Shown: positions 25,489 to 37,480, counted from the whole stretch's first letter. The stretch is 63,689 bases of DNA, filler included, from Choristocarpus tenellus KU-1152 (GCA_964200185.2; 13 parts of 13 records of this genome joined end to end with filler, not necessarily neighbours in it), one strand, 5' to 3'. Notes: a model not told the origin generated them from the sequence alone. Made by a program: numbers and translations.

Positions 25489-25797
25489 CTCCAAGTTGTA
25501 AGGCCTGCTATAAAAATCATCACTTGAAGTACGAGATCGCTTTTTTAGAGCGGGTCGAGGTTCCTCCTTTATGCCATCCTTTTTTTTCCCCTCCTCCACA
25601 GAAGATCTCGAAGCAAGCAGGATTCCTGGACGCTGTCGCCGATCCCCGCGAAAGCCCGGACTGGAATGGTGACATCGATGAGACACTCCCCCAACCATGG
25701 CTGGTCCATGAGCCAACCCACGAATCGTTGCTGATCGGGCCTGTCCTGCCTGCACCACCGCAGCTCCAAGCACCACTACTTCCAGTGGTATCCTCAT
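25489..25797 (-). CDS. Probable first exon of a signal-peptide-bearing (possibly plastid-targeted) protein of unknown function
   Basis: ATG-initiated MRIPLEVVVLGAAVVQAG, then an Arg/Ser-rich segment and a charged region, ending at a GAG|GTGAGA donor. Confidence 0.5.
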
Positions 25798-26229
25798 TGA
25801 TCATCCACCGGCTATATCATCCACCAAAGACACAAACCTTGCCCCAAATCCCGTCACAGAAGTGTTCACTTCTTCACACTTACGCCGGCCTACGTCAGTC
25901 GGTCCCAGAACGGCTCCAAAGCAATCCGAGGTCACAACTCCTTCTCCCAAATATTTTCGATTGGGATGGAGGGATGTCCTTCGATATCAAAAAGTACAAT
26001 CGATAAGGAGTAGCGCTGCACGACCTCATTGGCGGTGTCAACCAGGTTTCCCTTGTTCATGCAAAGGACAGAGCGTAAACGCCGCTAAAGTATTGTTAAA
26101 ATCTTGAGTAGTGAAATAGAAGATTGGACGCCAACTAGGTGTTATGAAATTCTCCCTTGGATACAACACACCTTGTTGTGCAGTTTGGTCAGTTACTTCG
26201 GCCCTTGCTACTTTGACGATACTGTTGAG

Positions 26230-28540
26230 ATGGGAAACAGGGGTAAGGGTGGAAGCAAGGGGAAGGGCAGAAAGAAAGGAGGTGGGGGCAATGGCAAAGG
26301 AAAGAGACGAGGTGCACAACAATGGGGAGACGAGGATCGTGCCCTGACTGATAGAGACGAGACTCTGGTCAAGAAGAGACCCCGCGAAACTCAGGTGAAA
26401 GACAACGTCATGACAAGACTCCATCATGGTTATTGTCAAGTATGAATAAGCTTCAATTTCCTCAGAGGCTATTATAGTAGTGCTAAAAAAATTGAGGACC
26501 GCAGGATTTGGTATAACCACAACCTAACGAACGCTAGGGATGGTACTGATCGTGCTGACACCAACATGGCATCAGTTTCAGATTGGAGACTATCATCAGA
26601 TAGAAATTTAGGAATCAAGAAGAGAGAGGAACGAGGAGTGGGAGACATGAGCATTCTTGATTTTGACTGCTATAGTCGGCTGCGCCATGGACCTAGGTTG
26701 CATGTGGATTAGTCCACTGGCCATGTACATGAAAGTTTATTGAAGTGTAACGCAGCCAATGCTATCTCCGTTGAATTGTACTTACATCTTTTCCGATTTC
26801 TGTGTAGGAGAGTCAAGATCGAAAGCGACGTGTGAAGATAATCGAGCTGGCGAGGGCGAAGGAGCGTCATCGGGTTGCAAGGTTTAGCGCCCCCAACTGT
26901 GAGGTGACAGTGCAGGAGCCGAAGTGCAAGGTGAAAAAGCGACGACGAACCAAACGAACCTCAAGGAAAGTGGGTACGGGTCCGTCGGCGTTCAGTAGCA
27001 GTGACGAGGACTCTGATGGTGCTAGAGGGGTAGGAGAGGATGGTGGTAGCGCACGACGCCGTCAAGATGTTGTCGGTCTGACGGGATACAAGAAGCTTCT
27101 CCTTGCACTGCAGGGAAGCACTAGAGTGTCTGGTGTTGGTAGAGCAATGGGAGATGAAGACATCGACGTCACCGCGGCTATAGCCATCCGGCGTTTGCAG
27201 GAGGAAGGGAACGATATCCTTGAGAATTCAAGCTCAGAAGAGGAGATGGAAGAGGTTGTAGATGAGGAGGGGCAAGAGAGTGAAGAGAGCGATGAGAATA
27301 GCGAGAATATGAACAGTGAAAAGACCGGAGAGCGAGACAGGGAAGAAGAAAAAAAAGACGATAGGGTGGTGGAAGCAGAAGATGAGGCGGTCAGTGATAT
27401 CGAGGGTGATGGAGATGCATTGGCTGACGGGGCAGGGGAGAATTTGGGTGTCAGACCGGATGAGTTCTCGAGGCATTTCATCAGCACACCTGCCTTCTCT
27501 GCGGAAGAGGCTGAGCACATGCTCTCCCCATCCGGTAGACCCTCCTTCGACAACCTTTCTTCTGCTGTGAAGGAGCAGGGTGATGATCTCGCTGTGAGGA
27601 ATGAGGCAACATTGCAGCGGCAGTGGGCTGCAGAGGGGCTTACAGCTGCAGCTTCGACCAAAACAGGATCGAACGGCTGCAACAGAGTGATGGTTGATCA
27701 GCTCAATATTGGTGCATCCCTATCCCAGGATCTGGGCATCCTCCCTTCTCTCGCCGATTGTTGGGAAGAGTCTAACGGCGGACCTACCTCTCACCTGCAG
27801 TCCCTTCTGTTACCACAGTTTATGGGGTACCGGGACGTTCTGTTCTGTGGTTGGAGGGATGAGGACGGGAGTTCGATCCGCCGAGCCTATGCCCTCCATG
27901 CCCTCAACCACGCTCTGACATCGCAACGTAGAGTCCTCCGCCACACGCGCCGCCTGCACAGAGATGCAGAGACGGCAAAGGTCGAGAAGGTCCTCGCAGG
28001 TCAGGAGTCCAAGACGAAGACGGACAATGGATTGAGAGAGGAAAAGGGCAGCAAGGGCGGTGAGGTGGGGTGTGCTCGTGATAACAAGAAGAAGGGAAGC
28101 AGCGCTTCCGCAGAGCCAGCAGGCCCTGCAGCAGAGGAGTCCCGAGGGCCAGCTACGTCCATCGGGGTAGATGCCGAGGCTGAAACAACGGAGTGGCATC
28201 GGGACCAAGGGTTCACCCGTGGTAAGGTCCTGCTTCTGTTGCCCTTTCGGGGCCTGGCATTTGAAGTGGTGGAGGCTATGGTGGCGCTCCTAGGTCCGAA
28301 GACCTCGGTGGCCAACTGGGACCGGTTCCGAGAGGAGTACGGTCCTGATGGCGGTCCTGACAGGGAAGGGGAAGGGACTGTGGACGAGGACGAGGGGAGG
28401 GTGTCCAAGAAGAGTGGGGCAGGCGGGGTGAGTACTGGGAAGCGGGACCTAGACCGGGAGGATCGCATTCGCGCAGTGCTCGCGCAAAAGCCGGACGACT
28501 GGAAGGCCCTGCTTGGGGGGGGTCGTAATGTAGATGATAT
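26230..28540 (+). CDS. UTP25: U3 snoRNA-associated protein 25 (UTP25/DEF/DIEXF), partial. Exons 26230-26394 and 26808->28540
   Basis: Motifs YRDVLF, AYALHALNHAL, RDQGFTRGKVLLLLPFR, NWDRFREEYG and KPDDW...NVDD, preceded by a basic then acidic N-terminus; phase-0 GT-AG intron. Confidence 0.92.
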
Positions 28541-28747
28541 NNNNNNNNNNNNNNNNNNNNNNNNNNNNNNNNNNNNNNNNNNNNTTAATTAATTAANNNN
28601 NNNNNNNNNNNNNNNNNNNNNNNNNNNNNNNNNNNNNNNNCTTAGAACTGGTTCTATATTACCCCCCTTCAAATACTCCTCCCCCCCCCCCAAGTGTCAA
28701 CCACAGCTCTACCTACCACATTCTCATTCACAATGGTGTACACACAC

Positions 28748-31700
28748 ATTTATTTGTGCTGGACGGAAGCAGTCCCAGTCGTCTCCAGCACATTGGCACT
28801 TCTCTCCGTTGCAGTCGTTGGAGTCTGCGCCCTTACAGTGTCCGCCAAAAAAAGATGTAATAAAAACGTATGGGGGAGACCAATAAAGGTACAGAGGGTC
28901 GGAAAGGGGTACAGATTAGGAAGGGTTTATACAACAGTATCGTAATCTACTAGGGTTGGGGTACATATATATATATATATATACAACAGGAACAAATACA
29001 CATACACACATATAGTTCTATTTCAGGGTTTTCACAGGTACCACCTCTATTGGACTTGGGAGGGCCAGGGACACAACTCATACATGTACACAACTAACAA
29101 CCTGCACTGTAATAACACCTACCAATGTCCACGTTACTGAACAGTAGTGTGGAGTGCTACATAGTACGATAGATTTCTATTTTTGTTATCTTACTGTTGT
29201 AATTCTTCTCAAACATTGATGCATTTATCACTGAACCACCGGTGAAGAGAGTCCCGCTGGTGCATCAACAAGCGGAACAATTGGGTTCAATGGTGTACGC
29301 AAAACAATAGTGTGCACAGAATAATATTGTACACAGAACAATAGTATACACAGAACAATAGTGCACACAAAAAGCAATAGTGTACACAAAAAACAGTAGT
29401 ATACACAGAACAATAGTGTACACAAAAAGCAGTGGTGTACACAGGACAATGTTGTACACAGAAAGCAGTAGTGTACACAAAACAATAGTGCACACAAAAA
29501 CAATAGTCTACATAGAAAGCAGTAGTGTACACAGAACAATAGTGTACAGAGAAAGCAGTGTACACAGAAAGCATTAGTGTACGCAGAACAATATTGGTGT
29601 ACACAGAAAGCAGTAGCGTACACAGAACAGTAGTGTACACAGAAAGCAGTAGTGTACACAGAACAGTAGTGTACACAAAACAGTAGTGTACACAGAATAA
29701 TAGTGTACACAGAAAGCAGTAGTGTACACAGAACAATAGTGTACACAATACCCACCCTCCTTCATCCGAGGACCGTCTATCCACTAGGTACACACACTCC
29801 CTTAGAAGTCATCTCAACCCTCGGGTCTCCCCTTGAACCTGTTAACCATGCACTCAATTCGCGGTATATATTTATCTCTATATATCTATGTAAGTATTTA
29901 TGTATGTTTTTTTTTCCCCTTTACATAGGTGGAAAATTCTGAGAACAAGCGGTGGTGCCGGTATTCGATCCCACCACCCACACAACCTCTCCGATTTTGG
30001 TCAAATATTAGAGGTCAATTTTTTTCCTAAGACGTAATCTACATTTATTTATTTATTTTTCAAGTTGAATGTTAGGCAAGTACTCTCGTGGTATATATAT
30101 ATTTATTTATATTTATATTTGGAGTACGCTTGGGAGTATCGGGGATGAGGGTACATTGGTGTGTTGAGTATCAAAAACTTCAACGTATTGTACAGTATAC
30201 CGTACATAGCATTAGGGTTGGGGATAACACGGTATGTGATCGATGTGTACAAGAAGCAGTAGTACTCTTGGTGTTAACAACAGGAAAAACCACCATGTAA
30301 CAAGCGTATCTTGGTGGGAGAATTAGAGGTTATTGGGGGTGGCGACTGGTGTGAACATCAGACTCTGGTGTCTCCAAGATTAGGGTCTGTGTGTGCGTGT
30401 GTGTGAGAGAGAGAGAGAGAGTGAGAGGTAGAGAGGACCAAAGTCTGGCATGCACGATGTGATGTGAGGCTGCAAGTGACATAAACAACGTACAAAGAGG
30501 TACAATAGTAGGGTTAGGGGTAGGCAAGACATGACGTTTCGCCACAACGCAAATCACACTGCCCTATGATCAAAGTAGAAACAAGAAGACAGGAAGAAAG
30601 TAGGAGAGCTCTGCGATCAACCAACTGCGATCAACCAATCAAAGTCCTTCGTGTCGTGATTATCAACCAATAGAGACACAGAACCCGCATCCGAATCGGG
30701 GTCTGCCCCCATTTCTACTCCTCGTGCTATTTCTTATTTATATATATATATATATGAAGAACAAAAAATGAAAGGAAAAAAATAAATCTGGTGGTCCTGA
30801 AAAAAAGCAACAGAATCGTACTCTCTTTTTTGCCACTGAGCAGTGCTGTAGGTAAGGGTTAGGGTTTAGTCAGGAGATACGGTATGAATAACAGGAGAAC
30901 CATTGACGGTATATATATATATCGCTTATACCGTTTGTCAGTAAATACATAAAGCCATACCGCTCCACAAAGTGCTGATTTCCAAGTCTGTGGTAAATTG
31001 AAAATACAGTATTAGTCGAGGGTTCAACGGGCTATATATATATTTATTTATATTTATATATATATGCTTCAGTTAATAAAAGTTTGTTCCCCCCCCCCAG
31101 CCCACTGGCCCTTAAAGTATTCCTTCAAAGAGGCAGGTACATATGAACGCGCACTTAGGTAGTGTTCACTATTACAGTATGGTAAGTGTCACTCACAGGC
31201 TTTGCAAGTACTACTGAACCGGATACAATTAACCTCACAGCTGCAGTGGATCGATCTAGCTCTCTCTGTAGCCATGCTCTCTGCTCCCTCCCCAGGACCT
31301 CACAGAAGGGGGATGCCTGTTGAGGGGGTTAAGAAGAAACAGAGACAGACACAGACAGACAGGGATAGACACATAGGGACAGACACGCAGACAAGGCCAG
31401 ACATGTAAAGATGCAATAATAGATACACACGCATGTGCACATGTGGGTATTGATGATTCAAAACACACAAAGTGACAGTAGCAGGGTAGAGAGTCATTGA
31501 GTGTGTTAGGAAGAATAAGAATAAGAATAAAAATAATGAACAATAAGAATAAGAATGATGAACATCAACCCTCGCCATCGCGTCAAGAGATGAGACGGAT
31601 GCACCACACTTCTTTGTAAACCGCCTTGAAATATAATACAATGTAACCATCACTTTTTTTTCTTAAAAGTGGAACATGCATTCTGCAAGCGATCACTAAT

Positions 31701-33037
31701 GCCAATCAAAACAATGAAAAATAAATAAATTGTTGTTGTGAAGGAAAGGTGGGTGTATGGATGGATGTTCTGAATGGCTGCAACGACTACTACTACTACT
31801 ACTACCACCACTACTACTAATATTACTATTAGTTCTACTCTTACTCTTACTCTTAGTATTACTCATTGTTTTTTTTAATAATATAAAAATAGGAAAAAAG
31901 AAAAATTCATAAAAAAAAACTCACTGCAGAAGAAAAATCCACAACGGCACTTCACTCGACTGCCTGTTGAAGAGATATAATACAACACAACCTGAATCAA
32001 ATTAAAAACCTTTTTTTTTATTACTGTTAATTACTACTACTAACCACTTCCACAGAAAACACTATACCGACTAAAAAAATATATAATTCAGAACACAAAC
32101 AATAAAACAATTCTTCCACAGCAAGCAAAAGAAGAGCTCTTCCCAAAAAAAAAGTGGAATATCTAATAATAATATTTTTAAAACTGAATAGAACAGCCAC
32201 AATTAAAAGTCTTTGCCCCAATCACGACACAGGGAGCATCACTAACCCTAATCCTAACCCTAATTTCAACGTCTCACGCCAGGAGCCAAAACAAAAATTA
32301 AAAAAAGCAACGAGAAAAAAGACATTTCATTTTTTTTTTTAGCATACGTATATTACATAAATACATATATATATATGTATATATATGCCTGTTCCAATGG
32401 GTCGAGATAGTGGAGGGGCCGGTGAACGACATCTATTGAGACCTCAATCCTAACACCAACAATATGTAAGCTTTACTTAAATACTAATAGTAATAGAAAT
32501 ATTAACCATAATAAAAATAGTACTGATGGCAATAACAACAGTAATAATAATAATAGAAATATTAACAACAGCAATAACAATAATAATAATAATAATAATA
32601 ATAGAGTGAAAGTATCTTAGAGGGTATGAGTTTTTCCCTGTTTGTCCATTTGGGGCTTGGCTTCCCATGTTTTTTTTAAGGACATTTTCCAACTCCAAAA
32701 TGTTTCTGAGTAGCTAAAATGCTTACGTTATGAAAAGGTGAATCTGGAACAAGGATATTGACACTTAACAAAAATGATAGCCAAAATTACATCAAAATCG
32801 CAACATCAGATTTTGGCCCCCAAATGGACGCGACTCTACCCTCTAAGATACTTTGACTCAATAGCAAAACCTTATTTTCTTTGTCGTACCTGTGAGTCGA
32901 TCTTCTCCGTCCCATCTGGCTCTCGTAACTGTCTCGTCTCTTTATCAAAGACCAACCACCGCCTTCCGTACAACCTTGAAGTGAAATCGCAGGCCTCCTC
33001 CCAGAGGGGATTGTCTTCATTCTCCTTCTTCAGGCAC
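28748..33037 (-). CDS. PhoD-family (alkaline phosphatase D-like) metallophosphatase, partial. Exons 32890-33037, 31197-31316, 28748-28831
   Basis: The spliced product ...ASPFCEVLGREQRAWLQRELDRSTAAVRLIVSGSVVLAKP|GADSNDCNGEKCQCAGDDWDCFRPAQIN matches the PhoD motifs LG..Q..WL..EL..S.A...I.S and D.WD.Y. Confidence 0.72.
29293..29748. repeat. Minisatellite with 17-20 bp units and palindromic GTGTACAC core (PhoD intron)
   Basis: More than 20 copies of TAGTGTACACAGAA(CAA/CAG/AGCAG). Confidence 0.95.
32604..32859 (-). mobile_element. MITE subfamily A, copy 5 (256 bp), in the PhoD intron
   Basis: GAGTGAAAGTATCTTAGAGGGTA...TACCCTCTAAGATACTTTGACTC; 4-bp TSD AATA next to an (AAT)n tract. Confidence 0.92.
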
Positions 33038-33298
33038 CTTCATTCTCATGGCATTGCCATTGAGATCAAAGCCACCCAACAGAGTCAATGAAGAGGCCAT
33101 GTACCACCAGCGTGAACACAAACAGACTACCTCCAACACATCTTGCATCACACCCTCAAAATTGCTCTGGGGGCAGGCAATATTGTGTATCATTACTTTT
33201 ATTTTCACAGTGGTTGGAGGGGACCCTCGACCCATGGTCGAAAAATACATACATACATAATACATATGTTCACACCTATTATATATGTACACACACAT

Positions 33299-33327
33299 GA
33301 CCCAAAGTATCTGGGGGCGATCGGAAG
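33299..33327 (+). mobile_element. Terminus of a subfamily B/C MITE at contig end
   Basis: GACCCAAAGTATCTGGGGG. Confidence 0.5.
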
Positions 33328-33429
33328 NNNNNNNNNNNNNNNNNNNNNNNNNNNNNNNNNNNNNNNNNNNNTTAATTAATTAANNNNNNNNNNNNNNNNN
33401 NNNNNNNNNNNNNNNNNNNNNNNNNNNTT

Positions 33430-35990
33430 GTGAGAAGTGTGTACACAAGCCCTCCATCTACCCCACCCTCCACTACACCCCAATTCCCCCATTATGGAGG
33501 GGCATAGGATTGAGAACTCAGCTAACAACGGGGTCGAGTGTTGGCACAAATATGACAACAGATCAGTACCCTAGACAGCCCGTCCATCTTATGCTTTGCC
33601 CCCACCATTCCTGCTGCCATGGCGCGGATCTTTGGATATGGTGTTGCATGGGGTAGCTATGATAGAGGTGGTGCATATTTAACTGGTGAAAGGCGATATG
33701 GCAGAGGAGAGGGGAGGAGGGGGGGTGAGGGCAATAATATTGATGATGCGGCATTCAGTTCATGCTTGGAAACGTTCAGATTTGACGTGATGCTTGACAA
33801 TCACTTGAGGCCTTTCATGAGCTTCTCTAGAACGTGTTGTTCAAAGTCATTTTCCTGGCTGGTATCTTGACTTAGGAACACAAAGCTGTGCGCCCATATG
33901 TCCGTCCCCCCCCGAGGCCTCCCCTCCTGAAGTCCTTCATCCACACAGCAGCCGGGAACATTGCAGTCAGGAAAAGATTGAAGAAGTCCTGCTGGTTCAA
34001 GTCCTGGTGATCGTGACTGTACTGAGATTGGAAGTATACCACAAGCACTGCCTGCCTGTTACGAAGACAGGCTATGGACTGCTTGTAGAGACGGGCCTGC
34101 CAACCGCTAGTGTTTTGATCCAGGAAGAAGTTCTTTACAAGATGACTTCAAGAAGTGTTGGAAACGTCTCTGTCCTTGGGAGTAGCACCCGTAAAAAGAG
34201 GGGGATATGAGACAATGTTGATGAGTAGGAGAGAGCCGTGTTTACCGTAGAGTGGGGGGTGCTCTTCTTTTTTGGACACTTGTGGGGATTGCGGAGTCAT
34301 CACCTTGCGCTTCTTTTTGTGCTTAGTAGTTCTGGTGGTTGGGATGTTGTCATCCTCATCATCGAGATCTTCACTGTGTAGAGAGGTATCCCAAGGCATG
34401 CAGCTGACTGCAATGAAATCGTCAGTAATCAGATCCTTTGCCCTGTACTCCACATATTTGTCTTTGATCCCTTTCGATCATCTATTGCTTTGTGGCCCCT
34501 CGGGATGCACATAGAGCTAGTTTACCTGAGAGAGCCTGCAGAGCGAAGCAAAAGTGTGGACAAAGAATGAAGAGGGCTTGCATGTACCGAGTGAGAAGCT
34601 GCGTGGGTGAGGCCTGTTTCGGTAAGAAAGAAGGGGGTTTGTAAAATCAAGTCCTGAAAACTGTGCACGCAAGATTGTGGACTTGTTTCCAACCATATAG
34701 AGCCTGCATTCGCCTTGATCTCGTTGTGCGACATTCCTTCAAGCTCATTCTCCACAATAGGGGTGAATGCATTGATGAATTCGTTCCAGGTTACAATAAT
34801 CGAATGAGATTCGACCATGCGGGGACACTTCCAGACGGGGTGCTCCTTCCATTTGCACGTGTCACATGTGCCATTAATGCAAGAGGTCGCGTATCCTTCC
34901 TCCTAGCCCACAGTCTCTGTTCCAACCGCCTCAAGATTGACCCTCTTGCACCTGGGTGGGGAGGTCATTGTATTTGTTTCAGCGGGTCATGTTTGGCAAC
35001 CACTCCCGTGATGAGCTGAGGATGTACGGAGGGTAAAAGGTGGAGAATTAGGGCCTACAGAAAGGGATACGATACTTGAGGGTTATAGATTTTTTTACAA
35101 TGGCGGAATAATTGTGTCAACTCACAATAGGAACTTCGTCATGTTGGAAGGACTCTCGAGGGCAGTCTGAACCTCTTCCGATTTGCATCCATCCCCTTTT
35201 TGACAAAAGTCACGGTCGCATGAGCAAGTCCCCTTGTCTCCCTCCTGCATTACATTTTTGTGTGCTTTGCTCCAGTTGTTCCTCAAGCACGTGATAAGAT
35301 TGTCCGTGCACAGGTGATGCACACAAACACATGACCTTATTTGGCAGCGGAGGAGGTGGGTGCGTGTGGGTGTCAGATGGTTGCAGCCCATTGTGCATGC
35401 AACCCAATAATTACGTTCTAGTTGTTTGTTGGTGCCGAGTGTGCTAGGGTATCCATGCTTGTCACGCAAGGGAGTGGTAAGGGGGGCTATTTTGGTCACC
35501 TTATTGTGGCCTTGGTGATGTAGAAGGGCCTCCACGTGATGAAGGTGCTTCGACAAGGTGTTCCACCATCCAAGCCCTTGACCTCTAACCTCTCCTTGAA
35601 CATCTCATACACCTCGTTATCTGTCCCAATCTGTGTTCTTGAAATTGTTTTGTAAGTGGAAGGGAGAGAATGGAGGAGATGGCGGTGTAACGTCAGAGGC
35701 ATGAGATGCTTAGTTTTTTGAGTGCATGCAAAAATAAGAAGCGGTGAGCACACTCTGTACAATTATGGGCGATATACCTCTGAGCATGTTGTTTGCAGCG
35801 AATGCTTGGATGGCAGACTCTCTTGTTTGTGTGGGGGTTCAGATAGTGCATGCCCGTAGCGTCATCGTGATTCCAGAGTGGATCGTACGGCATGGGCTTG
35901 CTGTTGGTCTCTCATTCGTTCAGGGCAAGGAGGTGGGTTTTGTTCGATTAGACTCTTCCAACTCTATCGGACAGTTACGGTAAAATATGT
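33430..35990 (-). pseudogene. Decayed, intron-containing Sola2-like DDD transposase
   Basis: Ordered motifs: STFITWRPFY..IR|SCVCVHH; FLLC; CINGTCDTC..VTWNEF; WQARLYKQSIACLRNRQAVLVVYFQSQYSHDHQDLNQQDFF; HSFVFLSQD...FEQH; RHGSRNGGGK. Multiple stops and frameshifts; GT-AG introns at 35336-35499 and 34952-35125. Confidence 0.7.
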
Positions 35991-36199
35991 ATGGAGTAAT
36001 NNNNNNNNNNNNNNNNNNNNNNNNNNNNNNNNNNNNNNNNNNNNTTAATTAATTAANNNNNNNNNNNNNNNNNNNNNNNNNNNNNNNNNNNNNNNNNNNN
36101 ATTGTTTTTGTATATCCGAAAACCTGTATCTCTACAAAATGCAATGTATTCTTCCATAAACCAATAAATAATACGCGTATCTTCTCCTCAAATTAATAA

Positions 36200-37480
36200 T
36201 AACAGAAAAATCTACAGTTCCTCTAAAATTCTGGGAATGCTTCGATAGAGGCATGAACTCATCGGGGTGTGGGTGTGGTAACGACCTGTTTGAACATATG
36301 TTCTCAACACATATGGACCAAACTGTCTCCACGAACTTGGGATACGACTTACCATATCGCGATTGTTTGAGGTGGAGCGAAAAATTTAAAAAGTTAAGGG
36401 TGTGCAGAGTCGCCAGTGTCTGTGCACGTATGATGGGGAAGAAGATCATTGCGTTGACTCAAAGAAATGTGCGTGAAAACAAGTGGTGTTAAATCGATTA
36501 ATACACATTGTTAAGGCTATCAACTTCTTCAATCGGTGGACATACTCAAAGTCGGACGCAGGCCGATGCAAGTGGAAGGGGGGTGATTTATGGCGATGTA
36601 GATCCGTATGGTGGTGGGTTACATGAGGCCAGCCATATGCACTCTTACCGAGCATTCCTAGACAGTTGTGCGACAACGCTACGTATACAGATTTCATGCG
36701 GACTGGAGGTTGTGGGTGCTACAAAAAAATGCTTCTCGGCCTTGCAAAGCCTAATCTCTGGCCGTGGGTTTTCACGTGGATGATATAATGTTTAAAAACC
36801 CAGAGAGGGAAAGGCATACAGGTATCGTATCGAGAAATGTGAAATTAAAGTGTGTGTTGTTGATTGGTACAAGGTGCCAAGTATTTTTCATTCGGGGGTA
36901 CGAGGGTACGACTGCAATTGCGAGATATGATTATGGGGGGTGGGAAAGGTAGAGGATATGACCTCTCACATCGTAACTACACAGACAAGGAAAATAATCT
37001 GCGCACTCCAAATCGCACAAAACGATCGCATTAATGTCTCGTTTTTCCAAGAGGCATGAAGGACGAAGACTCTCTACACACTGGAGGGCTGGAAAAATCT
37101 AGCTTCCTCTTAATCAGGTGGATTGTGAAAAAGTGCAATTGAGCGAACGATACTGCAAAACGTTATCTACCCACGCCAGGTAGATCGGATCAAGGTAAAA
37201 GGGAACGTATACAGAGGTGCGAGGGCGCCTGCTTATTATCCGAATGTACTTTGTTTCGTCTCGGACGGGAACAGTTGTCCAGGTTGGACACGACAAATGT
37301 TTCCACACGACTTGACGGTTGGATCAGGCGGCGAGTGATTGAGAAAACCATACCACGACAACGGGCGAAGTAATTGAGTAAACGATATCGGCGTGCTAGG
37401 GCTTCAAATCCGTTGATACCCAGAGGCACTGGGGTGGCTTATTTCATATTTAGGGAAGGGAGAAACGTGGCCATAGAGCC
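36200..37480 (+). mobile_element. Decayed Copia reverse transcriptase relic
   Basis: LAVGFHVDDIMF at about 36760-36795 (YVDD box), then IALMSRF...HWRAGK at about 37025-37096. Confidence 0.6.

Noticed and set aside
27062-28468. Long minus-strand ORFs (206, 132 and 155 aa)
   Set aside because: Antisense shadows of the UTP25 exon.
29228-29793. Cys-rich ORFs of 168-175 aa
   Set aside because: They are translations of the GTGTACAC minisatellite inside an intron.
29950-29980. tRNA B-box-like GGTATTCGATCCC (also GGTTCAATCC near 7952)
   Set aside because: No cloverleaf or properly spaced A-box; no tRNA or SINE can be supported.
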